64,000 nucleotides of DNA, from assembly GCA_016187025.1 (NCBI GenBank), contig JACPKM010000004.1, positions 228,887-292,886 on the forward strand, written 5' to 3'. A program made the position numbers and the translations under genes. This DNA comes from Candidatus Daviesbacteria bacterium. GTDB taxonomy: Bacteria; Patescibacteriota; Microgenomatia; Daviesbacterales; UBA10151. Positions 37,234 through 50,011 of the stretch are shown here, in pieces (position 1 is the stretch's first letter; every line of letters starts with the position of its first letter). The notes below the pieces were generated by a model. The model searched no databases, was not told the origin of the DNA, and saw only the letters and a program-made list of their open reading frames with translations.

Positions 37234-38811
37234 ATGAATGAGTCACGTACGCTTTCAAAGCTTGCCAGTTTACTAATTTCTTCCTTTGACAAACAAGTTA
37301 AGGAGTCAGAAGAAAAGAAAATTTCTGTTAACTCAGTTGTAGCCGAAATTGCCAGCTGGTATGAAAAAATCCGCACCGCCATGGATTATAGAGAAGATGA
37401 GGTTATTTTAAGATCCTCTATAGAAAGAATTCTAAAGAGGAGATTTTTACTTGGTGGTAACGGAAAATATGTGGCAGGACCTTTGATCCGTGAGCTTGTC
37501 TGGGCCAGGTATTTTCCAGATAGCAGCGTTCCTGAAACTATCGTTGCCGATGTAGAAAAAATAATATCTAGGTTTTTAAAGCTTCAGGAGCATCTATATT
37601 CCCTTAAGATTTTAAATAGACAAGAGATAAGAGAGTGGATTCTGCAGCTGATGTCTTCTGATATTGAGGATGTACTCCGTCCTGAAAGATATAAAGAGCT
37701 GATGAGTAATTTCATCTATCAGATTTTTCAGGATGATATTGAAATTACCGATGATAGTGAGGAAACAAAAAACGCTCAGGTTTTTATTGCTGTCAGACGC
37801 GCTTATGCCAAAGAGGATTTGGCACTTTTGCGGTACCATCTATTTTGTCAGTACTTTGGTAAGTTAACTGATGACAATGTTGAACAAGTTGCAGATAATT
37901 TTTTGGATGGGTTCAATGAAATAAACAAGCAGCTTAACTATCCTTTAAAAGATAGGATTTATTCATATGTCAGAAACCAAATTCCTCCTTTCTATATTTT
38001 GGAGGATGTTTTACGCAACAATAAAGGTCAAGCCCGCTTTTTAGTCAGCGATGAAGATGAGTTTGACCGGCAAATTATTGATGCTGCTGCCAGCCGCTAT
38101 AAAAGCATTGTTGATAAGGTCAAAAGAGCAGTTGTCAGAAGCGTGATCTTTATCTTTGTGACAAAGATGGTTTTTACCTTGGCAGTTGAAGGGGCTTTTG
38201 AAAGCCTAATTTATGGAAAGATATTTTGGCCCTCAATTCTTTTAAATACCCTAGTGCCTCCAGGGTTGATGACTCTGGCTGGAGTTTTTATCAAAACCCC
38301 TGGAAAAGAAAACACAAAAAAAATCTTAGACAAAATCCATAGGATTTTATATCAGGAACGGCCTCAGCTGGATCATAAATTAATCTTAAAAAAGACTGCC
38401 AAGAAAGTGGACCCTTTACTCGATATTTTATTTGTGGCTTTGTGGATGATCGCTTTTACAATCAGCTTTGGGGCAACCATTTTTATTCTGACAAAACTTC
38501 ATTTTAATGCAGTAAGCCAAGGGGTGTTTGTTTTCTTTTTGGCAATAGTTTCATTTTTGGCTTACAGGATTAACCAAACAGCCCATGTTTACACTATCAA
38601 AGATCAGAAAGAAGGAATAAATCAGGTGCTTTTTGACTTTTTCTTTATGCCTTTTATACAAGCCGGAAGAAATCTAACTATGGGGATTTCGCAAATCAAT
38701 ATCTTTTTATTTTTATTTGATTACATTATTGAGGCACCATTTAAAAGCTTGTTTGCCTTTTTTGAACAATGGTTTCTTTACCTTAGAACTCAAAGAGAAA
38801 AACTTGAGTAA
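37234..38811 (+). CDS. Hypothetical membrane protein
   Basis: 525-aa ORF, helical N-terminal part (YEKIRTAMDYREDEVILRSSIERILKRR), about four C-terminal TMs. Confidence 0.8.
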   Translation: MNESRTLSKLASLLISSFDKQVKESEEKKISVNSVVAEIASWYEKIRTAMDYREDEVILRSSIERILKRRFLLGGNGKYVAGPLIRELVWARYFPDSSVPETIVADVEKIISRFLKLQEHLYSLKILNRQEIREWILQLMSSDIEDVLRPERYKELMSNFIYQIFQDDIEITDDSEETKNAQVFIAVRRAYAKEDLALLRYHLFCQYFGKLTDDNVEQVADNFLDGFNEINKQLNYPLKDRIYSYVRNQIPPFYILEDVLRNNKGQARFLVSDEDEFDRQIIDAAASRYKSIVDKVKRAVVRSVIFIFVTKMVFTLAVEGAFESLIYGKIFWPSILLNTLVPPGLMTLAGVFIKTPGKENTKKILDKIHRILYQERPQLDHKLILKKTAKKVDPLLDILFVALWMIAFTISFGATIFILTKLHFNAVSQGVFVFFLAIVSFLAYRINQTAHVYTIKDQKEGINQVLFDFFFMPFIQAGRNLTMGISQINIFLFLFDYIIEAPFKSLFAFFEQWFLYLRTQREKLE

Positions 38812-38812
38812 G

Positions 38813-39436
38813 TTACATTCTAGCTAGTCTTTTTGCTATTCCGGAAGGAAAATCTGCCTTTTCTTCTTTCATCCAACAAATTACATCTGATAGCAGACTT
38901 GCTTTTGGGAAATGTAAAAGTAAACATGCCTCTAATGCAAGGACCGTAGTACGGGCAATTTCAGGATTTCCATGAAATTGTCCAAGAAAAAACCCATAGC
39001 CTTCAAGTAAGAGACCAGAGGCAAGTTGATTGGGGTTTTGAATTTGAGTTGCAAACGTAAATGGGTTTTCTTTGGCTACAATTAATCTGTTTAATCTGGC
39101 GTATGTACCATCAAAAAACCGCGGCGTAGCAGCAAAAGCTTCACCTTTTAAGCCTTCTTGGTACATACCCACCCACTCATCAAGCGTATGGGGATGATCA
39201 GCTCCTAATTGAAGCTTTAAGGCGCTTATATCACGATAGAGTCTAGGATTTAATCTGTTTCTTCCAAAAAGAGAACCTGTTTGTAAAATTGCTGCTTCCA
39301 GCTCTGCGGTTCTCTGAGCAAAATCTGCTGGAGATGTATTAATTATATTCAGAGCTGTCCTAACATTTGTAGCTTCACTCAATCTTTTTCTTGCTTCATA
39401 CCTTATGATTCGGGGAATCTCAGTTATCATAAGCAT
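38813..39436 (-). CDS. Hypothetical protein
   Basis: 207-aa ORF; promoter-like TTGAAT...TAAAAT just upstream. Confidence 0.7.
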   Translation of the reverse strand: MLMITEIPRIIRYEARKRLSEATNVRTALNIINTSPADFAQRTAELEAAILQTGSLFGRNRLNPRLYRDISALKLQLGADHPHTLDEWVGMYQEGLKGEAFAATPRFFDGTYARLNRLIVAKENPFTFATQIQNPNQLASGLLLEGYGFFLGQFHGNPEIARTTVLALEACLLLHFPKASLLSDVICWMKEEKADFPSGIAKRLARM

Positions 39437-39525
39437 ATATTTTAACTTATTTATAGACAGAATTCAAACTATAGGGTTAAATTATGAATTTAAATATTTA
39501 GAAAATTAGCAAATAAATGACAGAA

Positions 39526-40581
39526 TTAACTCTTTAAATACTTATCAAAAAAGCTTATTGATCTTTCCATTGCTTCCTCAAAGTTAGGAGAAGACAGATT
39601 ATGGTCTCCATTTTGATAGTTAAAAAATTCAACTTCTTTTCCAAGGCTTTTTAAACTGTTATATAAATTTTCGGATAGTTGCCAGGGTACTGTTTCATCT
39701 GATAAACCATGATGAAGTTGTACTGGTCCTGAGATATCTGCTAAATAACTGTTAGGAGAAATAGAATTCCAAAATTGGGGATTTTGCTCTGGCGTACCAT
39801 ACTCATCAATAAACCTTTGTCTAGTTAGCCTTCGCGTTTGTTGTTCCTTAGCTGATGGTGACCAGGGCGAGTTTCTAAAAAACCTATCAAACATATCAGA
39901 ATATGATCCTACTACCCCTCCCCAAATTACCCCTGCTTTTATATCTTTTGAAACTACCATTGAGCGTAAAGTTATATGTCCACCTAAAGAATGACCCCAC
40001 ATTCCAATCTTTTCAGGATTGACATCCTCGTATTTTTTTATGGAAGAGAGAGCATTTAGAATATCTGTGGTATAAGCAGGAGAAAAATATGCTCCTTCGG
40101 GGTTTCCTTCTGAGTCTCCGTGTCCTCTATAATCAGGCTTTAGTACTATATAGCCATTTTTTGCAAAACTATCTAAATAAGCAACATAGCGCTCAGTAGT
40201 GCGGTATTGTTCTGGGGGAATATAGCCATGATTGAAAATAATTACAGGAAAACCCTCTTGAGGTTGTTCTTCTTGCGGAACAGTTAGTAAAGCATTAATT
40301 TTTAACCCTTCAGATTTATATGAAACAATATAGCGATTATAGTTACTTCCTGGTTCTAACTCTTGCTCAATTGCAATATCGCCTCCTGGATAGTCTTTTT
40401 TTCTCATCTCCTCAATCCTTAGAGGATGAGTTTTAACATTGGCTGTTTTCTGATCTGATATCTGACTTGATCCACCCCTTTTTTCTTCTGGTTGTTTTCT
40501 TTGCAAATTTACTGCTACTGCGGTAATTAAAAACATTAGAGTTACTAATAAAACTACTCTGGATACACTGCTTTGGAGCAT
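39526..40581 (-). CDS. Membrane-anchored alpha/beta hydrolase (S9-like peptidase)
   Basis: NHGYIPP, DYRGHG, GHSLGG nucleophile, D-TVP, GDHN. Confidence 0.9.
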   Translation of the reverse strand: MLQSSVSRVVLLVTLMFLITAVAVNLQRKQPEEKRGGSSQISDQKTANVKTHPLRIEEMRKKDYPGGDIAIEQELEPGSNYNRYIVSYKSEGLKINALLTVPQEEQPQEGFPVIIFNHGYIPPEQYRTTERYVAYLDSFAKNGYIVLKPDYRGHGDSEGNPEGAYFSPAYTTDILNALSSIKKYEDVNPEKIGMWGHSLGGHITLRSMVVSKDIKAGVIWGGVVGSYSDMFDRFFRNSPWSPSAKEQQTRRLTRQRFIDEYGTPEQNPQFWNSISPNSYLADISGPVQLHHGLSDETVPWQLSENLYNSLKSLGKEVEFFNYQNGDHNLSSPNFEEAMERSISFFDKYLKS

Positions 40582-40689
40582 AAAAGATGTCTTGTAAATT
40601 ATATCAAATGGATTGCGTTAACAATGTAATTTGAGTACAATACTTTTTTAGTTAACCGAAGGATAACATTTTAAAATTTATATTGATAT

Positions 40690-41696
<1,007 letters not shown>

Positions 41697-41702
41697 ATTT
41701 TT

Positions 41703-42197
41703 ATGGATATTTTAAGCCAGTTTGGAGTCCAACCAGTACTTTTGGCTGCGCAAGTGGTCAATTTTTTAATACTTCTTTTTATTTTAAAGAGGTTTTTGTA
41801 TAAACCTGTATTAAAGGTATTAGATGAAAGAAGAAAAAGAGTTGAAGAGAGTTTAAAAAACGCTGAAGAAATTGAAAAGAAATTATTAGAAACTGAAGAA
41901 GCCAAAAATAAAATTTTGGAAAAGGCCTCTTTAGATGTCCAAAAAATGTTGGATGAAACAAAGAAAGAAATTGAGGTGATGAAGGAGGAAGGTAAGGTAC
42001 AATCAGAGCAGATGGCAGCTCAAATAATTAAAAAAGGCCAGGAAGAAGCCCGGGCAGCTGTCGAAAAAATGGAACAGGAATTGATGAGTAAACTAGGAGA
42101 TATTGTGGCACTCGGTATGGAAAAAGTGACAGGAAAGGTTTTAAAAACATCGGATCAAAAAGAAATTATAGAAAAGACAGTTAGAGGTATGTCATGA
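41703..42197 (+). CDS. atpF: ATP synthase F0 subunit b
   Basis: AQVVNFLILLFILKRFLYKPVLKVLDERR. Confidence 0.96.
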   Translation: MDILSQFGVQPVLLAAQVVNFLILLFILKRFLYKPVLKVLDERRKRVEESLKNAEEIEKKLLETEEAKNKILEKASLDVQKMLDETKKEIEVMKEEGKVQSEQMAAQIIKKGQEEARAAVEKMEQELMSKLGDIVALGMEKVTGKVLKTSDQKEIIEKTVRGMS

Positions 42198-42607
42198 AGA
42201 AGGATAAACAATTACAAAAGTTAATTAAAAAGCTGGTAGACTTAAGTTTTAAAGACGGAAAAATAGTGGAAAATCAAGTTATAAAATCCATTAAAAGTGT
42301 AAAATCTGCTCCAAAACCTCAAGCTATTTGGGCTTTGTCTGAATACCTAAAACAGTTAAAAAGAAAAGAAAGACAGTTTACTATGTATATTGAGTCAGCC
42401 ATCCCCCTTTCCCCCATTCAAGTCATGAAAATGAAAAGGATCGTTGAAAAAAAGGCAAAAATTACCAAAGTGTTAGTAAATATTAATCCTGAGATTTTGG
42501 GTGGATTTAAGTTAAGGTTAGGGGATGAAATTTGGGATGAATCATTGGTAGGTAAGATCCAACAGGTAAAGGAGGTAATCCATGGCAGATCTAATAAATC
42601 AAATTGA
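42194..42607 (+). CDS. atpH: ATP synthase F1 subunit delta (short form)
   Basis: ESAIPLS...[21 protein letters not shown]; operon position. Confidence 0.9.
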   Translation: MKKDKQLQKLIKKLVDLSFKDGKIVENQVIKSIKSVKSAPKPQAIWALSEYLKQLKRKERQFTMYIESAIPLSPIQVMKMKRIVEKKAKITKVLVNINPEILGGFKLRLGDEIWDESLVGKIQQVKEVIHGRSNKSN

Positions 42608-44102
42608 GTCGGAAATAAAAGGCTTAAAACTAAAAGCTGTCAGACAAAATGTAGGAAAGGTTACTGAAGTTGGTGACGGAGTGGCCCGTATTGAAGGACT
42701 CTCTGATGTTTTGGCCTCAGAAATGATTGATTTTGGTGGCGGGGTTTTCGGCTTGGCTCTTAATTTGGAAGAGTACAACGTTGGTGCTGTAGTGTTGGGG
42801 GATTTTACCAAGATTAAAGAAGGTGATGAAGTTAAAACAACCGGAAAAGTTTTACAAGTGCCTGTGGGGGATGCTTTAATCGGCCGGGTGGTTGATGCTT
42901 TGGGTAATCCGATTGACGGTAAAGGGCCAATCAAGACAAAAACCTCTTATCCTGTGGAAAAGATTGCACCCGGAGTTATCACCAGACAATCTGTTACCAC
43001 CCCACTTCAGACCGGAATTAAAGCCATAGATGCACTTATCCCTATTGGTAGAGGGCAAAGAGAGTTAATTATTGGTGATCGTGGCACCGGGAAAACTACC
43101 ATAGCAATCGACACCATCATTAACCAAAAAGACGTGGTTTGCATTTATGTAGCGATCGGTCAAAAAACCTCCAAAGTGGCACAGCTTGTTGCAAAGCTGG
43201 AAGAAGCCGGAGCTATGGACCATACTATAATTGTTGCAGCCACAGCCTCTGATCCTGTGACCATGCAATATATTGCCCCCTACTCCGGTGTGGCTATGGG
43301 CGAGTATTTTATGGACCAGGGAAAAGATGCTTTGATTATCTACGATGATCTGTCAAAGCATGCCTGGGCATACCGGCAGATGTCGCTACTTTTAAGGAGG
43401 CCTTCCGGACGTGAGGCATATCCGGGAGATGTGTTTTATCTTCACTCCAGGCTGTTAGAGCGGGCTGCCAGGCTGAATAAAGATTATGGTGGAGGATCTT
43501 TGACAGCTTTACCTATTATTGAAACTCAAGCAGGTGATGTGTCTGCTTACATTCCTACAAATGTTATTTCTATTACTGACGGGCAGATTTATCTGGAGAC
43601 AGACTTGTTTTTTGCCGGGATTAGACCGGCACTAAATGTGGGATTATCTGTTTCCAGGGTTGGTGGTGCTGCCCAAACTAAAGCTATGAAATCTGTGGCA
43701 GGAAGGTTAAAGCTTGATTTAGCCCAATTTAGAGAGCTAGCAGCTTTTGCCCAATTTGCCTCAGATTTAGATCCAGGAACAAAACAACAGATAGAGAGAG
43801 GAAAAAGGATCACAGAGGTATTAAAACAACCTCCCTACTCCCCTGTCCCAGTTGAAGAACAGGTAGTAGTACTTTGGGCTGTGACTAATGGATATTTAGA
43901 TGAGGTGGAAATAGAAAGGGTTAAGGAATTTGAGCAAAGATATATACAACACTTAAAACTGAGAAATAAGCAAAGCTTGCCATCTAAAGATGGTAAAAAA
44001 CTTTTAAGTGAGTTAGCAGAGAAAAAGGTTTTGGATGAAGGAATGGTTAAGGAATTGGAAAAAACTACTAAGGAGTTTACAAAAACCTATGGCAAGTACT
44101 AG
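42582..44102 (+). CDS. atpA: ATP synthase F1 subunit alpha
   Basis: [36 protein letters not shown]. Confidence 0.99.
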   Translation: MADLINQIESEIKGLKLKAVRQNVGKVTEVGDGVARIEGLSDVLASEMIDFGGGVFGLALNLEEYNVGAVVLGDFTKIKEGDEVKTTGKVLQVPVGDALIGRVVDALGNPIDGKGPIKTKTSYPVEKIAPGVITRQSVTTPLQTGIKAIDALIPIGRGQRELIIGDRGTGKTTIAIDTIINQKDVVCIYVAIGQKTSKVAQLVAKLEEAGAMDHTIIVAATASDPVTMQYIAPYSGVAMGEYFMDQGKDALIIYDDLSKHAWAYRQMSLLLRRPSGREAYPGDVFYLHSRLLERAARLNKDYGGGSLTALPIIETQAGDVSAYIPTNVISITDGQIYLETDLFFAGIRPALNVGLSVSRVGGAAQTKAMKSVAGRLKLDLAQFRELAAFAQFASDLDPGTKQQIERGKRITEVLKQPPYSPVPVEEQVVVLWAVTNGYLDEVEIERVKEFEQRYIQHLKLRNKQSLPSKDGKKLLSELAEKKVLDEGMVKELEKTTKEFTKTYGKY

Positions 44103-44928
44103 AGAACTAAGACGCAGAATAAGATCTGTCAAAAATACCAGCCAGATTACCAAAGCCATGCAGATGGTGGCGGCGACTAAAATGAGAAGAGCCCAAAACC
44201 AGGCTGTAAACGGCAGGCCTTATTCGGGAAATTTAATAGAATCACTTTCCAGATTACTTCCCAGGATTAACCCTGAGGATCATCTGTTACTTTCCGGAGA
44301 CGGTTCCCAAACTGCTGGAGTGGTAGTTTTGTCTACAGATAAAGGTCTGGTTGGAGCATTAAATACCAATATTGTCAGATCTCTAATGTCTGCTAATTTT
44401 CCAACAAAGACATTGTTTTACACAATCGGTAAAAAAGGTAGAAGTTTTGTGGCCAGAACCGGAAAGGATTTAAAAGCTGATTTTGAAAATACTGATGCTA
44501 TAACTTTCAGACAAGCTAAACAGCTGGCTAAGTTGTTAATTGATTCGTTTATGGCTGGTGAGATCGGAGAGGCCTATGTAATTTATCCTCACTTTGTGTC
44601 TACTTTAAGACAGGAAGCAACAAAAGTGAAGGTGTTGCCAATAGAAGCTGCAGAACTAAAAATTAGCAACGGAGAATTTTTGATAGAACCTAATCCTGAT
44701 GAGCTATTGGATGAGCTTTTAACCCATTTTGTAGAGATCAAGATTTATCAGGCGCTTTTGGAAACTAAAGCTTCTGAACATTCTGCCAGGATGATTGCCA
44801 TGAAAAATGCCACAGACAATGCAAAGGAGTTGATTGAAGATCTGCAGTTAACATATAATCAGACCCGCCAGGATGCGATAACCAAAGAAATTTTAGAAAT
44901 AGCAACAGCAGCAGTAGCAATGGAATAA
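44089..44928 (+). CDS. atpG: ATP synthase F1 subunit gamma
   Basis: [29 protein letters not shown]; [12 protein letters not shown]; ATG 44089. Confidence 0.98.
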   Translation: MASTRELRRRIRSVKNTSQITKAMQMVAATKMRRAQNQAVNGRPYSGNLIESLSRLLPRINPEDHLLLSGDGSQTAGVVVLSTDKGLVGALNTNIVRSLMSANFPTKTLFYTIGKKGRSFVARTGKDLKADFENTDAITFRQAKQLAKLLIDSFMAGEIGEAYVIYPHFVSTLRQEATKVKVLPIEAAELKISNGEFLIEPNPDELLDELLTHFVEIKIYQALLETKASEHSARMIAMKNATDNAKELIEDLQLTYNQTRQDAITKEILEIATAAVAME

Positions 44929-46299
<1,371 letters not shown>

Positions 46300-46310
46300 G
46301 ACTTCTTAAA

Positions 46311-46338
46311 TTTCCAATTTCTAATTTTTAATTTTCAG
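46311..46338. repeat. Heptamer tandem repeat
   Basis: TTTCCAA TTTCTAA TTTTTAA TTTTCAG just after atpD. Confidence 0.65.
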
Positions 46339-46372
46339 TGAGTTTTCAACGATTAAATTTTAAAAGCCTGTA

Positions 46373-46394
46373 CCTAGTCTAATTTAGTGTCAAG
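46373..46394. repeat. 22-bp imperfect palindromic repeat, copy 1
   Basis: CCTAGTCTAATTTAGTGTCAAG; 18/22 to copy 3. Confidence 0.65.
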
Positions 46395-46402
46395 TAGAGA
46401 TA

Positions 46403-46810
46403 TTATAAAGATTCGTCAGGTTGCTCTAGCCTTATACCTGTAGCAATCAGTGAGCGTACTAAAGCATCATGAGTTAGGTCAACACCTTGACCGAGTGAAA
46501 ATTGTACCTGTTCAATAACTGGTTTGTCGTCTACCCAGTGGGCAATACAGGATGATGTGGCAAGAGTAATGTTTTGTTGGAGAATCATCAAGACCATAAC
46601 CCTGGGTAGTCTTGTATTTGGAAAATGTAGTACAGGCATGGTAGTGATAACTCCGTCATTGATATGTCTGGTTTCTGGTACTCTATCTGTGTTAAAACCA
46701 AATGCCACCATCTCCTTTGGCGTCATATGACTACGATAAACAAAGGCACGGTATACTCCAGTCCAGGCATCGATTGCTTCCTGTTGTGAAGTTGGTTGTT
46801 CTGCTGACAT
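46403..46810 (-). CDS. Hypothetical protein
   Basis: 135-aa ORF with its own TTGATT-17-TAAAAT promoter. Confidence 0.65.
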   Translation of the reverse strand: MSAEQPTSQQEAIDAWTGVYRAFVYRSHMTPKEMVAFGFNTDRVPETRHINDGVITTMPVLHFPNTRLPRVMVLMILQQNITLATSSCIAHWVDDKPVIEQVQFSLGQGVDLTHDALVRSLIATGIRLEQPDESL

Positions 46811-46852
46811 ATCGGCAAATTTTACAAGATTATAGGATTAAAATCAATTTAT

Positions 46853-46874
46853 CCTAATCTGATTAGGTTTCAAA
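46853..46874. repeat. 22-bp imperfect palindromic repeat, copy 2
   Basis: CCTAATCTGATTAGGTTTCAAA; perfect CCTAATC-T-GATTAGG palindrome. Confidence 0.7.
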
Positions 46875-46879
46875 TGGAG

Positions 46880-47104
46880 TTATTTGACAAGTTTCTCAAG
46901 TTCTCCTTTACTTAAATCAGCTTGTCTGAGGATACTACGAAAGGTGCCTAAGGCTATTTCTTTGTGATTTGGAACAATAACAACTAGAGTTGCACCTGGC
47001 TTATTTTTTACTAGCTTGATATGGCTACCCCTTTGACTAATCTCAGAAAAACCAGCTCTTTTTAAAGCTGACAACACTTGTTTCGCTGAGTATAACTTTG
47101 GCAT
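46880..47104 (-). CDS. hicA: HicA-family toxin
   Basis: AGF...QRGSHIKL...VIVPNHKEIALGTFRSILRQA. Confidence 0.93.
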   Translation of the reverse strand: MPKLYSAKQVLSALKRAGFSEISQRGSHIKLVKNKPGATLVVIVPNHKEIALGTFRSILRQADLSKGELEKLVK

Positions 47105-47143
47105 AACACCACAAGCATATCAGATAATTAGGTCATTTATAAG

Positions 47144-47356
47144 TTAACTGAAGGAAATTGTGAAATCCTGAATTTTTGGTTTTTTAATAGGTACAACCTC
47201 TGCTTTTTTGTTGTCTTCGAAGTATAATTCGACAGCCTCTTTTAGATTTCTTAAAGCCTCTTTTTCAGTTTTGCCTTGAGAAGCTACCTCTATCTCTAGA
47301 GCCTTAGCCACAAACCATTTATTTTCTTTCCAAATTACTGAATGAATCTGTTTCAT
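47144..47356 (-). CDS. hicB: HicB-family antitoxin (short)
   Basis: VASQGKTEKEALRNLKEAVELYFE. Confidence 0.92.
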   Translation of the reverse strand: MKQIHSVIWKENKWFVAKALEIEVASQGKTEKEALRNLKEAVELYFEDNKKAEVVPIKKPKIQDFTISFS

Positions 47357-47404
47357 AAAATTATTCTAGCATAATAGATTTAAGAAAGATGTATGAAGTT
47401 TGCG

Positions 47405-47426
47405 CCTAATCTGATTTGGCGTCAAG
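47405..47426. repeat. 22-bp imperfect palindromic repeat, copy 3
   Basis: CCTAATCTGATTTGGCGTCAAG; 18/22 to copies 1 and 2. Confidence 0.7.
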
Positions 47427-47477
47427 GTACCTTTTTAAACTGAAATTCCCTAAGATTATTTATGCTAATATGAGGAT

Positions 47478-47799
47478 ATGGTTTTGGGCGCTGTTAATTC
47501 TAAAAATGGTGTGAAGGTTAGATTGACTGATGAGCGGTGGAACCATATTATAACCTCTCATTTAGAGATTAATCCTCAAGGGCATAAAAGAATTTTAAAT
47601 GCCATTGGAGATCCGGAAGTTATTTTTAAGGGTGATGTAGGAGAATTGTTAGCAGTTTGTAAATTACCTAGAAAGAGAATGTGGATTGTGGTAGCATATT
47701 AAAGAAGTTACTAAGGAGGATGGATTTATCCTTACAGCCTATTTAACTACAGATAGTAAATGGTTATTTAAAAGGGAGATTTTATGGAGCAAAGAATAG
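47478..47799 (+). pseudogene. Putative RelE/barnase-like toxin with a 1-nt frameshift
   Basis: VRLTDERWNHI..SH...WIVVAY* ; removing one T near 47700 gives YKEVTKEDGFILTAYLT...ILWSKE* overlapping the partner gene start. Confidence 0.75.
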
Positions 47800-48026
47800 T
47801 AAACTCAGGAAAAATTGCTGCTTCGGATCTAGTCAAACTTGCCCAATTCGGGCAGGATAAATTATTTGTAGATTATGATCAGGAAGCTGATGTTTTATAT
47901 GTCAGCTTTGGTAAACCCCAGAAAGCTGAAGATTCTGTACAAGGTGAGGATGGAATTGTTAGAAGGAAAAAAGTTGGTAAGGTTGTGGGTTTAACTATTC
48001 TCAACGCCAGCCGCTTTAAAAGATAA
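47784..48026 (+). CDS. DUF2283-like putative antitoxin
   Basis: DYDQEADVLYVSF...VVGLTILNAS. Confidence 0.85.
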   Translation: MEQRIVNSGKIAASDLVKLAQFGQDKLFVDYDQEADVLYVSFGKPQKAEDSVQGEDGIVRRKKVGKVVGLTILNASRFKR

Positions 48027-48087
48027 CTTAAAGCCTGAGGATGCTTTCTATATAGTGCTGATGAAATTAGCAAAGCTGCTGAAGGAT

Positions 48088-48579
48088 TTAGATCTTCTTG
48101 TCTTCTAATAAATTAATTTCAGTTCTTGTATCAATGTAACTCCCTTTTATAAATCCCTCTCCATTTACCCAAAATTTTTCAGGAACTGCTTTATATATTC
48201 TTCTAGGAAATTGATCTGTAAGTTTTTTTTCTTCTCCCTCTGCAGGTTTTTGGTTAGTTCTTTTAGATAAGTAATTCAGAGCTTTCTTTATTTCCTCATC
48301 CTCCTCTACCATGTAAGCCTTAGCTTGAATGTAAACTCCCTCCCCTGTACCTTCAGGTGCAGTTGAGTCATAAATTACTATAAAAACCTGATTATTTTCT
48401 GCAATATTTTTGGAGTGAATATTCTCCTTCCAAGATGCCCAATAAAAATTGTAATCTTCATCATAAGCTGAATAAACCGGTGAGTTCCAAGGAATATTTT
48501 CCTTGGAAGAAGTGGCAATTGTTATATATATTATTTGCTCAATAATCTCTTTTGCTCTTTTTACCAGATGATCACTCAT
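48088..48579 (-). CDS. Pyridoxamine 5'-phosphate oxidase family protein
   Basis: YITIATSS...PWNSPV...HSKNIAENNQVFIVIYDS...GVY; ATG 48579 (GTG 48594 alternative). Confidence 0.85.
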   Translation of the reverse strand: MSDHLVKRAKEIIEQIIYITIATSSKENIPWNSPVYSAYDEDYNFYWASWKENIHSKNIAENNQVFIVIYDSTAPEGTGEGVYIQAKAYMVEEDEEIKKALNYLSKRTNQKPAEGEEKKLTDQFPRRIYKAVPEKFWVNGEGFIKGSYIDTRTEINLLEDKKI

Positions 48580-48610
48580 ATCTGAAGTTTGCACTTTTGG
48601 AAGGAAAAAT

Positions 48611-49033
48611 TCAACCCTTATTCTTAAAATATTCCGGAAAGGTCCAGGATAAAGTTTTTGGATGGATTATACCTATTCCCCTAAAGCTTTTAAGTTGGAT
48701 TAAATCCTGATCCAATGTAACTATTAAGTCAGTTTTGCCTGATAAGGCGCATTCCAGAATCTTATTATCTGACGGATCGCGGGTTATCACCGACACTGTT
48801 TCAGTAATTGTTACAATTTCAGTAATAGTTCTAATTTTGTTAAGCAGTTGATTAACTTCCTCTTGAGGTAATTTGAGCTTATTTTTTAGCTTACTAGTGA
48901 GTTCTAACAGAATCTCTTCGGAGGTGATAATAGTAAATATTTTGTTTTTTGATATTATGTCAATAATTTCTGCTGAGAATGTATTTTTAATGGCTGCGGC
49001 AAAGTAAATATTAGTGTCAAAAACTATTTTCAT
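48611..49033 (-). CDS. PIN-domain toxin (VapC-like)
   Basis: MKIVFDTNI...RDPSDNKILECA..GKTDLIVTLDQDL. Confidence 0.92.
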   Translation of the reverse strand: MKIVFDTNIYFAAAIKNTFSAEIIDIISKNKIFTIITSEEILLELTSKLKNKLKLPQEEVNQLLNKIRTITEIVTITETVSVITRDPSDNKILECALSGKTDLIVTLDQDLIQLKSFRGIGIIHPKTLSWTFPEYFKNKG

Positions 49034-49251
49034 CCCAAAATTCTCTCAACATCTTCATCTGTTTTGATGTTGAATTTTTTGGCTATTTCTGCACCCCAAG
49101 CTCTAATTTTGAACCAATCTCTATCAAATTCGTATTTTCTAAAAGCCTCTCTTAAAAGCTCGCTTTGAGTCCTGTTTTCCTCTTTAGCTACTTTTTTAAT
49201 TCTTTTTGCCATAGCTTGCGGAACTGAAATGTTTATAATACTTCTTTGCAT
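49030..49251 (-). CDS. Ribbon-helix-helix antitoxin
   Basis: MQRSIINISVP...AKEENRTQSELLREAFRKY; ATG 49251; overlaps PIN start (ATGA). Confidence 0.9.
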   Translation of the reverse strand: MQRSIINISVPQAMAKRIKKVAKEENRTQSELLREAFRKYEFDRDWFKIRAWGAEIAKKFNIKTDEDVERILG

Positions 49252-49290
49252 ATTGTAACAAATTGTATTACAGAACCAACTGCCTGTCAA
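49252..49290 (-). promoter_or_regulatory. TA promoter with operator-like palindromes
   Basis: Minus strand TTGACA-17-TACAAT overlapped by TGTAATACA and followed by TTGTTACAA. Confidence 0.75.
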
Positions 49291-49294
49291 CAAG

Positions 49295-49349
49295 CCTTCC
49301 CTGCCTGCCCTCCTAACGGCGGGTAAACCGGCAGGCAGGTACATGAAGG
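49295..49349. repeat. REP-like palindromic element
   Basis: CCTGCCTGCC (49300-49309) / GGCAGGCAGG (49330-49339) with outer CCTTC/GAAGG. Confidence 0.75.
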
Positions 49350-49357
49350 GCACAATA

Positions 49358-49849
49358 CTACCTACAACCGCCTTTTTCTACTAAGTCTATATCTGCTCTT
49401 GTGTAGGTGCTATCTTCGGGAAGATTAGGATTTGTGTGCAAAGTACCTGCTAGCAAATCACGTTTTAATTTGTTTCTTAAATCCTTTATTCTACCCCGTC
49501 CATATGCTATTAAGGTAACTTCAACTAAGTCGCCTTGGTCAAACCTTTGCCTATTTCTATCTGCTTGCTCGCCTCTAGAAAGTACACTCGCATACCCTCC
49601 GCTCTCTGTTAAGGCGAGCCTTAACCTTAACTGAGGTTCAATTGATTTTTCTTGACCATTTGCACCGCTGACTATTCGTGCAGGTACGTAAAGTTCATTA
49701 ACTATACAGGCTTTTAAGGGATGACCCATAACATAATTTTGTTCCATTGGTGTGCTGCATGCAGCAAGCAGGACCGTTTCCGCGAAAGCTAATGCTCTAA
49801 AAGTGTTACGAAAAGAAGGTAATCTGCCTGCTAGGCTCTCAGTTCTCAT
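49358..49849 (-). CDS. Hypothetical protein, possible lipoprotein
   Basis: LLAAC lipobox-like motif; TTGTTT-17-TATACT upstream. Confidence 0.6.
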   Translation of the reverse strand: MRTESLAGRLPSFRNTFRALAFAETVLLAACSTPMEQNYVMGHPLKACIVNELYVPARIVSGANGQEKSIEPQLRLRLALTESGGYASVLSRGEQADRNRQRFDQGDLVEVTLIAYGRGRIKDLRNKLKRDLLAGTLHTNPNLPEDSTYTRADIDLVEKGGCR

Positions 49850-50011
49850 TTAAGCTGAGTATACAATAGAGCCATGTACAAAACAAACTATAGGGTCTTA
49901 GCGAGTGATCTATTTAGATTTCTAGAGGAGGTCAACATATATAATTCACATGCAGTTTTCTTACTGAAATCTGATTAAATTATAAACTGGTTTGGATAAT
50001 ATACGTTACTT

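Noticed and set aside
49252-49353. N-terminal extension of the RHH antitoxin (MPFMYLPAGLPAVRRAGRE)
   Set aside because: Translation of a REP-like palindrome and the promoter
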